A DNA stretch of 64,000 nt from Podarcis vaucheri (GCA_965113315.1 OZ220368.1), one strand, 5' to 3'. Shown: positions 14,492-25,607, counted from the stretch's first letter. The notes: generated by a model from the sequence alone, not told the origin. A program made the numbers and translations.

Positions 14492-15125
14492 GCACAAGCT
14501 TAACATGAGTCAATGGTGTGATGCAGCAGCAAAAAATCTAATGCTATTCTAGGCTGCATCAACAGCAGTATGGTATTCAGATCAAGGGAAGTAATAGCAC
14601 CACTGTATTCTCCCTTGATCAGACCACACCTAGAATACTGGGCACCACAGTTTAAGAAGGATACTGACAAGCTGGAATGTGTGCAGAGGAGGCTAGTCAA
14701 GATGATCAAGGGTCCGGAAAACCAAGCTTTATGAGGAATGGTTGAAGGAGATGGGGATGAGACTGGAAAAGAGGACATTGAAAGGAAATATGATAGCCAT
14801 CTTCAAATATCTGAAGGACTGTCACATGGAAGATGGAGCAAACTTGTTTTCGCCTGTTCTGTAGGGTAGGACCCAAACCAATGGCTTCAAGTTACAAGAA
14901 AGGAGATTCTAACTAAGCATCAGGAACAAACTTTCTAACAGTAAGAGCTGTTCAACAGTGGAATGAACTCCCTGGGGAGCTTGTGGACTCTCCTTCCTTG
15001 GGGGTTTTCATAAGCAGAGGTTGGATGGCCATCTGTCAGGGATGCTTTTGCTGAGATTCCTGCGTTACAGGGGGTTAAACTAGATGACCCTCGAGTCTCT
15101 TCCAACGCTACAGTTCTATGATTAT
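14492..15125 (+). mobile_element. CR1 LINE 3' fragment (older)
   Basis: ANAILGCI...RSREVIAPLYS..RPHLEY-type ORF2 motifs with frameshifts; CR1 terminal stem and ttctatgat tail. Confidence 0.88.
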
Positions 15126-17264
15126 AAGTTGTGGTGAGGGTCATAGGTAGAGAGAGGTTTAAAATGGGATTCTGCAAATTTATGGAAGGAAAGTCTACCA
15201 ATGGTAACTAAATGGAACTGCACTTCTTAAAGACAACTGTTGGTGATAAATGGGGGTGGGGAGGAGAGGCTTATTCTTCATTCTGTTGTCTTCCTGCTCT
15301 TAACAGAAAGAGGCTCGGCTGGAGACTCATGAGGAGATGTGACAGGCAGCCTCTTCTGTGGGTGGGTACTTTAGGCTCATAGGCTCAAAGTCTAATTTAT
15401 TTAGATTAAACCAAATCTTTCAATGAAAGCTAATTTACTTTTCATGATGCACAGCTGGGCAGCCTTTTCTGTGGGTGGGTATTTTAGGTTCATAGTCTAA
15501 TCTGATTTATTTAAATTAGGTTCAGTTTATGGTGCACAGTTTGGCAGTTATTTCACTACATGCTGCTACACTAAGCCTGATAATAAATCAGTGGGGAAAC
15601 TTACTGTGGCTTTGAAAGTATTTCAAGAAGCAGCTACATCCTTCCTATGGTATAGAAAGCCTCTAAAAGACATGGCCCCTGCTCCTTCCTTTATAAAACC
15701 ACTACCCAAGGTATGTGACAGCATAATCTAACCAACTCAATTTTTACAGTGAGTTGCTGGAGCCTAGAACCAGCAGCTGGAAAAAGCTAAATGATTTGGG
15801 ATAAAAGCGTTGATAGAAATGTAACATCTGCAACTGCACAAACAGCTGTTGAACAGAACTGGAATAGCTTTTCACGTTCCTTGGTACAAAGGAGAAAAAA
15901 AATGCCCAGCTTTGGCCAAGGGAGGGGGGAGGATGGAAATAAATAAGATTTCTCTGTCTACTCACAATCATGGTGAAAAACTACTGCAGGCTTGATTCAG
16001 AAGATTTAGCTAGCCTAGCACAAAAAAAGGCTTCCTATGTATATAAAATTCCCAGAGCTGGCTGTAATGGGCAAGAGAATGATGAGGGAGGTTGCATTGT
16101 TATAGAGCTTCATGGAGAGAGGAACACGGGTCCCTGGGCTGTGGGTAAGGATATCTAACCAGGAACATCTAACTAAGCCTTATTATCTAACTATGGGACA
16201 TCTAGCCAGGCCCTACTGTCCACTTCTGCGATCAAAACACCTGTTCCAAATATCTACATCAGCCTCTGGAAGCTCAAGGTCCAAATCTTGCTGCCTCAGG
16301 TAAATCATCTGCCTCTCCACCCCCAACTGCCAACCCAAAGGCTTTTTTAAAAAGTGTTATTTAGAGGGATGTGTGGAAGGGTTGCCACTGTTATGGCAGC
16401 AAATTTGCTACCAATTGGCAAGGTGGTGGCTAATCCACAAGCCTCTCACACCCTCAATGTGACTCTCCTTTAAAACAACAACAACCAACAACTACCACTA
16501 GTTGCTGTCCAGGCTACAATAACCTGCAGGGAGAGGAAAGAAAAAGGGAGAATCTCTCCAGGAGACAACCCTTTGCACAAAAGTGGCAGAAGCCCCCACT
16601 TCATCCTCACACCAAGAGGTATTCTTATTCCATAACTGGAATGAGGCAAAGATGCATGTAGAATTTTTTCATTCATCTGAGAGATGAAATCAATTATCCC
16701 TAGCTACTTTATTAAACAGATTGACTAATATTCACCCTTGTGAACTGATGTCTTTTGTTGTCTCAGTGCTTGACTCCCTCACCCCATCCAATACCCTTTC
16801 TTGTCCAAGCTTCCCAGTAAATACACTTGAAGACTTTAAAGATCAGACAACATAGCTGCACAATCCCTCTTCCCTCCCAAATCTTTGTTTCTTACATGCT
16901 ACAACAATTCTTTTCACGTTCTTTGGAAACACTCTTTGCTCCCCTTTGCAATCAAAGGCAGTTTTCCAAAGAAGCTGTAAGATTTCCATATCAGAATTCA
17001 GCCTGCAAGCGATAAACCACATGCCTGCAGGAGTTAAATTCAGAGCTTTACTAAGAAATGGCTCCCACTGCATAGGTGTTGGAAACATTCTTCATTCAAA
17101 TGAATACCAAAACCAAAGTATTATCCATTTTATAACTGTTTCCCTTTCTGCAGTGTGGTTCGATTGTTGCTCTTACGTTTCCATAAAGTTTAGGAAAATA
17201 TAACTGTTAGGATGTAGACTGATTCATGCCTTTGGCTGAAATTCTTCCTCGTCAGAAAACAATT

Positions 17265-18030
17265 TTGGTCCCATTGTGGTTCCCCTTCATTACATACACA
17301 GCACAACAGGACAATGACCTATCCCCTCCAACAGCATACGAATCCATATGGCTAACCTGACCCAACAACCTAGCCTGCCTCCCTCACACAAATGAGACAC
17401 ACCGCAATCAACTAAACACAACCCACCAAGCTTGGGAACCCCCAACATTTCATTTCGCAATACCAATAAAAACAAATAAGTACACAAACAAAAGGGACGC
17501 GGGTGGCGCTGTGGTCTAAACCACTGAGCCTAGGGCTTGCCGATCTTAAGGTTGGCGGTTCGAATCCCCGCGGCGGGGTGAGCTCCCGTTGCTCAGTCCC
17601 TGCTCCTGCCAACCTAGCAGTTCGAAAGCACATCAAAGTGCAAGTAGATAAATAGGTACCGCTCTGGCAGAAAGGTAAACGGCATTTCTGTGTGCTGCTC
17701 TGGTTTGCCAGAAGCGGCTTAGTCATGCTGGCCACATGACCCAGAAGCTGTACACCGGCTCCCTCGGCCAATAAAGGGAGATGAGCGCTGCAACCCCAGA
17801 GTCGGCCGCAACTGGACCTAATGGTCAGGGGTCCCTTTACCTTTACCTTACACAAACAAAGGACCTACCCATGTGATGCTGACACAACCCCCCCTCCTTT
17901 CCCCCAACTGCAAGATGTCTATAACAAAAATGTCTCTCACTAAACGTAAACAAACTGAATTAAAAGTGGAGACAACAGATATACCGTTCTGTTTTTCTGT
18001 TTACTTTGTAACACAACCCCCCTCCCCAAA
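17265..18030 (+). mobile_element. L1/Tx1-like 3' end, interrupted by a Sauria SINE
   Basis: Frame PLWFPFITYTAQQDNDLSPPTAYESIWLT* (W.PF..Y ORF2 C-terminal motif), followed by a C/A-rich 3' UTR. Confidence 0.55.
17494..17848 (+). mobile_element. Sauria SINE (distinct subfamily)
   Basis: gggacgcgggtggcgctgtgg head, ggttcgaatcc B box, ccctttacctttacc tail; 12-bp TSD tacacaaacaaa. Confidence 0.92.
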
Positions 18031-18064
18031 TGATCAGCTTAAAAGAAACATTTGGCCTCTATTC

Positions 18065-18066
<2 letters not shown>

Positions 18067-18113
<47 letters not shown>
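18067..18113. repeat. (TA)n microsatellite; continues at 18579-18618 and 20224-20238, then (CA)n to 20281
   Basis: Read directly from the sequence; split by two Penelope insertions. Confidence 0.95.
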
Positions 18114-18115
<2 letters not shown>

Positions 18116-18195
18116 TTTCGTAGATTTTCACGGGTACAGGAATGCAGGTTTTGGTGTCTTCGGGTGTCTTCCCGTGTAAGAGTCGGGGTGTCTGT

Positions 18196-18233
18196 GCGAC
18201 GTTTCGACGAGGTCTCACTCGTCATCTTCAGGC
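18196..18233 (-). ncRNA. Minimal type I hammerhead-ribozyme-like motif (Penelope)
   Basis: Reverse complement of gc-CTGAAGA-t-GACGAG-tgagac-CTCGTC-GAAA-CG-TC-gc. Confidence 0.65.
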
Positions 18234-18488
18234 TGGTGCTTTCGGCTTCTTGTTACTGGAACAGAGCAGAGTCTGGTGTTTGAGTTCCTATAAATACTGT
18301 TGAGGGGTGTGGTGTATAGCCTCCAACGTTCTGGGCAAAGAGGAAGTTCCTAGATTAGGCACACTAATCTAGGAACTTCCTCTTTGCCCAGAACGTTGGA
18401 GGCTATACACCACACCCCTCAACAGTATTTATAGGAACTCAAACACCAGACTCTGCTCTGTTCCAGTAACAAGAAGCCGAAAGCACCA

Positions 18489-18526
18489 GCCTGAAGATGA
18501 CGAGTGAGACCTCGTCGAAACGTCGC
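18489..18526 (+). ncRNA. Minimal type I hammerhead-ribozyme-like motif (Penelope)
   Basis: CTGAAGA 18491-18497, stem II GACGAG/CTCGTC, GAAA 18517-18520, loopless palindromic ACGT stem III, GTC cleavage triplet ending at 18524. Confidence 0.65.
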
Positions 18527-18575
18527 ACAGACACCCCGACTCTTACACGGGAAGACACCCGAAGACACCAAAACC

Positions 18576-18620
<45 letters not shown>

Positions 18621-18700
18621 TTTCGTAGATTTTCACGGGTACAGGAATGCAGGTTTTGGTGTCTTCGGGTGTCTTCCCGTGTAAGAGTCGGGGTGTCTGG

Positions 18701-18738
18701 GCGACGTTTCGACGAGGTCTCACTCGTCATCTTCAGGC
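18701..18738 (-). ncRNA. Minimal type I hammerhead-ribozyme-like motif (Penelope)
   Basis: Same motif, in the inverted arm of the second element. Confidence 0.65.
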
Positions 18739-19121
18739 TGGTGCTTTCGGCTTCTTGTTACTGGAACAGAGCAGAATCTGGTGTTTGAGTTCCTATAAAT
18801 ACTGTTGAGGGGTGTGGTGTATAGCCTCTAACGTTATGGGCAGGGAGGAAGTTCCTAGATTAGTGTGCCTTTTCTTCTTTTGTTCCTTAATTACTTGAGG
18901 GATATCTTGGGTGATTTCATGAGTGATATTCTGAATACCACTGGGTGGGTCATTAAGTGTAGATTAGTTGCTAAAGCTTTCGTGTCTTGACCTCTTGAGC
19001 TTGTGAAGAGTTTTTCTGAGAAGATGGCTGTGCTGCATTTAGTTGTGCTCTGGCTTGGCTTCGTGTATAGGGGCGAGCTGTGATTTTGTGCCTTGTGCCA
19101 GCCAGATCTGTGTAGGGATTG

Positions 19122-19901
19122 CAAGACACAGAAGAAAACAATGGCATGGCCCTCCTTCCTTATATCAAGGGCACTACAGACAAAATTAGCAAAATCCTCC
19201 ATAAACACAATATCAAAACAGCCTTCTGCACCAACCAAAAAATAGCCAATATCCTCAGAAACCCAAAAGACAAAATCCAGCTGGAAAACCAAGGGGTCTA
19301 TGAAATACCCTGCAAAGTCTGCCCAGCCACGTACATTGGACAAACAAACAGACGAATAAATGCACGTATCGCAGAACACAAGAATGCCGTCAAAAAAGAA
19401 GAAAAAACTTCCTCTCTTTTCCAACACATGAAAGAAACAGGACACGAAATTAATTTTGCAGATTCCAAATTGCTCTTTAACATGGAACATCACCACAAGA
19501 GAATAATCATGGAAGCCATCGAGATAGAGAAACACCCTCACAACATGAACAAGCGTGAAGACACGTCCCGCCTGCCAGACATCTGGAAATTAGCCCTCCC
19601 CACAAAAACCGACACCAGAACCAGAGGCACACAGAACGCCGTCACCAATCAACCACACCAGACCCAAACCCAGACCCTCTCCACAGACATATTACAGACT
19701 CCATCCAGTAGCCAAACTATAGTGGCACCTCCGGATGCTGCACCCCCCTGCAATCCCTACACAGATCTGGCTGGCACAAGGCACAAAATCACAGCTCGCC
19801 CCTATACACGAAGCCAAGCCAGAGCACAACTAAATGCAGCACAGCCATCTTCTCAGAAAAACTCTTCACAAGCTCAAGAGGTCAAGACACGAAAGCTTTA
19901 G
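19122..19901 (+). CDS. Penelope ORF C-terminal part: linker + GIY-YIG endonuclease + low-complexity extension (5'-truncated, RT missing)
   Basis: LPYIKG...GVYEIPCKVCPATYIGQT.R....RIAEH...H...TGH...E..EI......N, i.e. GVY-YIG, CxxC plus His residues and catalytic R/E/N; no stops. Confidence 0.92.
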   Translation, partial: QDTEENNGMALLPYIKGTTDKISKILHKHNIKTAFCTNQKIANILRNPKDKIQLENQGVYEIPCKVCPATYIGQTNRRINARIAEHKNAVKKEEKTSSLFQHMKETGHEINFADSKLLFNMEHHHKRIIMEAIEIEKHPHNMNKREDTSRLPDIWKLALPTKTDTRTRGTQNAVTNQPHQTQTQTLSTDILQTPSSSQTIVAPPDAAPPCNPYTDLAGTRHKITARPYTRSQARAQLNAAQPSSQKNSSQAQEVKTRKL

Positions 19902-20133
19902 CAACTAATCTACACTTAATGACCCACCCAGTGGTATTCAGAATATCACTCATGAAATCACCCAAGATATCCCTCAAGTAATTAAGGAACAAAAGAAGAA
20001 AAGGCACACTAATCTAGGAACTTCCTCCCTGCCCATAACGTTAGAGGCTATACACCACACCCCTCAACAGTATTTATAGGAACTCAAACACCAGATTCTG
20101 CTCTGTTCCAGTAACAAGAAGCCGAAAGCACCA

Positions 20134-20171
20134 GCCTGAAGATGACGAGTGAGACCTCGTCGAAACGTCGC
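20134..20171 (+). ncRNA. Minimal type I hammerhead-ribozyme-like motif (Penelope)
   Basis: CTGAAGA 20136-20142, stem II, GAAA 20162-20165, CGTC 20166-20169. Confidence 0.65.
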
Positions 20172-20239
20172 CCAGACACCCCGACTCTTACACGGGAAGA
20201 CACCCGAAGACACCAAAACCTGCATATATATATATATAC

Positions 20240-20283
<44 letters not shown>

Positions 20284-20638
20284 AATCACTGGGTCTCTGT
20301 ACTAAAATAGCCAGAATGGTGTCCAAGGACAATTAAGCAATAGAAAAGAACAAACAACAACAATAACAAACGGTAGCATCCAGGCTAGCAGACTAGCACT
20401 ACCCAATAAAAACTCCTGAGAAAACAAATATGTGCATGCTGGTTTGCCTTTATATTTTATGTACTGTTGCATGAAATGGTGTGCCAGGAAGAAAGTTAAG
20501 CAGAAGCCTCCCCCCTGCTGCCCCCTCCCCACCTTGACATGCTAAATTTGGAAGTAAAGGGGCTAGGTTGGGTGTTTTCCTAAAATATTCTAACATTCAG
20601 TTCCTCACCCTTGCCTCTTGAAGTGGTATAGTCCAGGA

Positions 20639-20774
20639 CAGGCACCCCCAACTTTCGGCCCTCCAGATGTTTTGGACTACAGTTCCCATCATCCCTGACT
20701 ACTGGTCCTATTAGCTAGGGATCATGGGAGTTGTAGGCCAAAACATCTGGAGGGCTGCAGGTTGGGGGTGCCTG
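20639..20774. mobile_element. hAT MITE (same family as 947-1082)
   Basis: TIRs caggcaccccca / tgggggtgcctg; perfect 8-bp TSD gtccagga. Confidence 0.9.
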
Positions 20775-20899
20775 GTCCAGGAAAAGCATTTCATTCTGCT
20801 GACCCTTATTCAAGAATACAAAAGTTATCATGACACCATCATTATAAATAAACACTTCAAGCTTTGTTCATCATGACTTACATTTCCATAAGCAATATA

Positions 20900-21157
20900 C
20901 CGTATTTTTTGCTCTATAAGACGCACCAGACCACAAGACGCACCTAGTTTTTGGAGGAGGAAAACAAGAAAAAAATATTCTGAATCTCAGAAGCCAGAAC
21001 AGCAAGAGGGGTCGCTACACAGTGAAAGCAGCAATCCCTCTTTCTGTTCTGGCTTCTGGGATAGCTGTGCAGCCTGCATTCACTCCATAAGATGCACACA
21101 CATTTCCCCTTACTTTTTAGGAGGGAAAAAGTGAGTCTTATAGAGCAAAAAATACAG
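20900..21157. mobile_element. Tc1/mariner-type MITE
   Basis: TIRs ccgtattttttgctctataagac / gtcttatagagcaaaaaatacag; TA TSD. Confidence 0.85.
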
Positions 21158-21211
21158 TAGTCAACTGGACTTTTGTAAAATAACTTCTCCAACAGGTTAA
21201 ACAACACTCAC

Positions 21212-21296
21212 CACTGATGTTTATTGCTGGCAATACTATTGACATCTTTGGTCGTCTGGTCTTATTATGGGTGGTAGCAGGCAACAACAGGTGATC
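21212..21296 (-). CDS. ATF6: ATF6 exon (exon 15 equivalent)
   Basis: [28 protein letters not shown]; 85 nt, phase 0/1; acceptor tttttcag, donor G|gtgagt. Not in the ORF track. Confidence 0.96.
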
Positions 21297-22167
21297 CTGA
21301 AAAATATTTAAAAATGCATTAAGTTGCTAAGTATGTATTATGTTGCACTGGGAAAACTGTGCACGTGAAGACTGTGCATTCAGAGTCTTCATAACAAATC
21401 AAATCTGAGTTAAAGCAAGGCTAAGGATGTTCATAGCCAAGGAGCTTCTGAAACACCACTAATTCACCATACAGTCCAGAGATAGCAAACTACATTTTCA
21501 AGAGTTAGGATCAGTAATAAATCACAAGACAACCCAACATAGGAATTCTACTCAGAATGCCCAGTGGTTTGCTTACGCCAACAAGAAGCAGTGGACTGCT
21601 TTGGATTAAGATGGGATGGGCACACTGAGTGTTTTTTAATCAAACCTGGTATTAAGAGTGTCATGACTCCCCTAAGATGCCTTTTTTGTTATGGCAGATG
21701 TTGGAGTCTGCTTCAAAGATCTTACAGTTTAAAGAATAGCTATGGCAAACAACTTAAGATTCTTACCCACCACTACAAAAACTGTTGGCAATGGCAACTG
21801 CCCTGTTTTTGGATGCTGTTCAATGAAGACAGGAGCAAAATGATCAAAACTGGCTTCTCTAATGGCAGAGAAGCTTGAAACTTAAGAGCTATCTGGCTTT
21901 CTTGGGGCAGCTGGAAAATTAATTTAGAGGCAAGAAGAGCCATCTGAACACGGTATAAGTAAAAAAAATGCTGGCTAGATAAAGCCACATTATAAACCAA
22001 GGATCATTCAGTCTCAGAAAGCCCCGTAGTTCATTTGATAAAAACGGAGGGTACCAATCTTGGAAAAATAAGTAAATACCACCATAGGGCTTCCTGCTTA
22101 GTGGTGCTTCTTCACAAGCCAGGCATCCAGTGCCCTTCCTAGCTGTAGCTCTGGTTAAGAAACTAGA

Positions 22168-22415
22168 GTTGTTGTTTTTTTTTATTTGATATCCCGCTTT
22201 ATCACTACCTGAAGGAGTCTCAAAGCGGCTAACATTCTCCTTTCCCTTCCTCCCCCACAACAAACACTCTGTGAGGTGAGTGGGGCTGAGAGACTTCAGA
22301 GAAGTGTGACTGGCCCAAGGTCACCCAGCAGCTGCATGTGGAGGAGAGGCGAAGCGAACCCGGTTCCCCAGATTACCAATCTACCGCTCTTAACCACTAC
22401 ACCACACTGGCTCTC
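22168..22415 (-). mobile_element. tRNA-derived SINE with MIR-like core/L2-type tail (Squam2-like)
   Basis: Head gagagccagtgtggtgtagtggttaagagc..., core gtgaccttgggccagtcac, A-rich tail. Confidence 0.8.
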
Positions 22416-25242
22416 TTAGAGCAAGGATGTGGAAGATGGCCCTCCAGAGGCTTCCTATAATTTCTGATGACTGGCTACATTGCAGTGGTCAATGAGAATT
22501 GGGAGTCCAACAACATCCAAAAAGCCCACATTCCCTACCCCTGAAAAGAGTCTTCATTCTTTGGTTTTCCATAGTTACTGTATAAGAAGTTTTTTCTATA
22601 TACTCAGCTTGATTAAAGAAGCATATTGGGTTGAGTTTAGAATGTATATAGAACATCTGGTTTAGGAGGTCACTGAATTAGGAAGATAGCCTTGAAAAAA
22701 ATAAAACTGCTGGAGTCAGGGGCTAACTTTGGCAATCTCATTTTTCCAAGCTGATAGTTTTCCAGACATCATGCCAAGCACTCGGGCCTAAGACTTCTCC
22801 TTAGATTGTCATTTCATCAAAGTGTAAATTTTGGCTCAAAGCTATACTGTCGTCTGTTCTGGTGTCTAAAGTGTTGTGATTTATTCAGTCTATAGCTGAC
22901 ACATCACATGAAAATAGCAGATGGTGGGCTTTTAAGGTTCATATTTCAATCTCTTCCTACATCTGCTACTATTACTAATAACACATTTTGGTTATTTATA
23001 TCTCAAGTGTTAAAATTGCCAATGAATAGCTTGGGGGTTTTTCTTCCTTGTTTTGGCAGTAACTGAGCACAGGGGTTTAATTACAGACTGATCTAATGAA
23101 ATGGACCCTAGTTCACAAAAGTGTATGTCATAATAAAATCTTTAAAGGTTCCACAATATCTTCTGCTGTTTTTTTGCTGGAAGGATACTTATTTAGTAGA
23201 TTTTTTTTTCATTTTAAGATTATGTACACAGCAGGGTAAAAAGTAATTTCTTCCAAATTTCCCCCCTCAAATTTCACTTACTGAATGGACTTTGCAAAAT
23301 GAGTTCAGTAAAACTGCAGCAGGTTACAGGGGGGCAAAGTAATTTGTTTCATATCCAAATTCATTGCTTAGTGGAAAGTGTTGCTTTGGAATGGTAACTG
23401 AGCCCTGCTGAATTTGGAGAATTTGCAGCAAGTATAAAATTAGTACATGTTCTACTTGTAATCTTCCTTTTCTTCTACCCAGCTGTTTTGGACTGTTTAG
23501 TATCTACCTAGATATAGGTAGAAATCAAACATATAAGCTGAAATGGAACAGTGGAGCAATCCAGTACTGTGCTTGTGGTACATAAAAGTCTTGCCATAAA
23601 CAGTGCATGCTTAAGCATGGGAGGAGGAAGGGAAAGAGAACATCTTAAGGTTGGAAGAGAGAAGAGGTGGTGGTGGTGGCGGCGGCACATTACAAGACAA
23701 ATGGAAGGCAAACATGGTGGGGCATGGGAAGTAGGAAAAGGTGACCTGAAACACAGAGACAATCTTGCATGGTGCTGTGGAATGTGTGAAGCGCATTTCG
23801 TCTCCTCCCTTGCAAGTTATCCCACCCTCATGTCTTTGATTGAGCTGAGGGCCTTCTAAGTGAGGCCCTCTCAGAAACATAAACTTTTCCCTGCAGCTCA
23901 CTTTGGGTAGGAACACATGAACTACTGCAAAGGGTCACGCATGCCAAATTAAAACACTTCCTTAAGCTTTGCTTTCTGGCCCTTTCCTTAAATCTTAATT
24001 TTCTTCTTGGACATTTCTGGGGCTCCCTGTTGTCTCCATGCAATACCGCTACACAGAATCTAGATGCCACAGCAATGGTAAATCACCCTCTACTGTCATC
24101 CCATGGGTTAATCTTTTATAATAACTGCAGAGTGGCCCTTACATGCTTGGGTGACCACCCAAAATACAACAACATACAAAGGGAAAGCACATTGATCTGA
24201 CGATGCCAGAAATGGAAGGCTCCACCATGTGTTTCACTGGAAACAATAGAAGAGACCAAATGTTTTCTGGAAACAAGCACCATCTGATCTGTGGCCAACT
24301 AAAGGGTTATGCTTCCTTTCATCGTCATAAGTGTCACACACTTTGAAGTTTTCTGATTAATGATTCCAGCTACCTTCAGAGATGTGAAAACTTCTTCTGG
24401 GTGCTGTTCAATTAAATATGTAACTAAATCATGTTACAGGCTACTCGCAGGTGAAAAGTGACAGACCACCTCTCTCCGAGGTCACTATAAATCAGAACAC
24501 AGGAAAGAAGCTCTTGCAGCAAGATGAGGGAGACTTGACTTCTTTTTGTACAAAGGTCCAGTGATGCTGCTCTGGTAACAAAGAGTCTACAAGCATTTGT
24601 GGGCAAAATGCCTTGTCTGATGAATCAGAATCAGTAACCTCAAAAGAGGAACTGGAGGCGCCTTAGTGTAGGGCGAGATAAAGTCACTGTGGATCTGATT
24701 GGCTTTAAGCTCATCTGTTCTTAAGAGCAAACAGCAGAAAACATGTAGATTTTTTTTGAGTTTGTTCAGGAGATAGCTGTAGAATTTTGCTATTGATGTA
24801 TTTGTGTGATGATGGTAGCCATATGAGGGGGAAATTATTTCAAGGAGCGGGCTGGTTCCATTTGTACAAACATACAGTTTCATAGATGCTGCTGAGAAAA
24901 CACTATTATAACCATCTGTTCTGGGCCTCCTGCCAGTTAATCTGGCAATTCCCTCAAGCACAGATCAGGGAATTTTCTCCAGATCTTTACTTGGGAGACT
25001 CATCTGATCCACTCTGCAACACAACCACCAGGTCACATGAAATTATGTAAAGCAGGCTTCAAGGCACTAGCTCTTAGAAGCCTAAAGGATCTTAGGTTGT
25101 TGTGGTTTTAATGCAAGTCACTGGCTTTAATGGGTCTCAATATATGTTTGAAAATACAGTGACAAAAAGGAAGAAAAATAGAAATGGATATATTTACTGC
25201 CCTGTACCATCCAAAGTTTCATTCTTATTTGCTATAGCAATT

Positions 25243-25607
25243 GGGACGCGGGTGGCGCTGTGGGTAAAAGCCTCAGCGCCTAGGGCTTGCCGATCGAAAG
25301 GTTGGCGGTTCGAATCCCCGTGGCGGGGTGCGCTCCCGTTGTTCGGTCCCAGCGCCTGCCAACCTAGCAGTTCGAAAGCACTCCCGGGTGCAAGTAGATA
25401 AATAGGGACCACTTACTAGTGGGAAGGTAAACGGCGTTTCCGTGTGCGGCTCTCGCTCGCCAGAGCAGCGATGTCACGCTGGCCACGTGACCCGGAAGTG
25501 TCTCCGGACAGCGCTGGCCCCCGGCCTCTTGAGTGAGATGGGCGCACAACCCTAGAGTCTGTCAAGACTGGCCCGTACGGGCAGGGGTACCTTTACCTTT
25601 ACCTTTT
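25243..25607 (+). mobile_element. Sauria SINE with 38-bp TSD
   Basis: Full head and (ACCTTT)n tail; perfect direct repeat at 25205-25242 and 25608-25645. Confidence 0.93.

Larger units (their letters stand above)
18114..18580 (+). mobile_element. Penelope-like element, short fold-back copy (inverted pLTR + forward pLTR)
   Basis: 28-nt tail at 18114-18141; arm 18142-18358 is the reverse complement of 18364-18580 (217 bp); homologous to the 3' end of the GIY-YIG-bearing copy. Confidence 0.92.
18619..20225 (+). mobile_element. Penelope-like element (Penelope/Poseidon type), 5'-truncated with inverted 5' pLTR
   Basis: 28-nt tail at 18619-18646; arm 18647-19123 is the reverse complement of 19749-20225 (477 bp); the spacer encodes a GIY-YIG endonuclease. 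Confidence 0.95.

Noticed and set aside
17873-18788. Repeated ORFs with (YI)n runs on both strands
   Set aside because: Translations of (TA)n and the pLTR palindromes.
18891-19541. 216-aa minus-strand ORF
   Set aside because: Antisense shadow of the Penelope ORF running into the inverted arm; no independent protein signature.
18114-20225. Fold-back sequencing or assembly artefact as the explanation for the palindromes
   Set aside because: The reproducible 28-nt asymmetry, unit-specific variants and known Penelope architecture argue for a real structure; read-level confirmation is still advisable.
1-21211. ATF6 terminal exon (…YEVMMQIDC…)
   Set aside because: Not found by eye or in the ORF track; probably lies beyond position 1.
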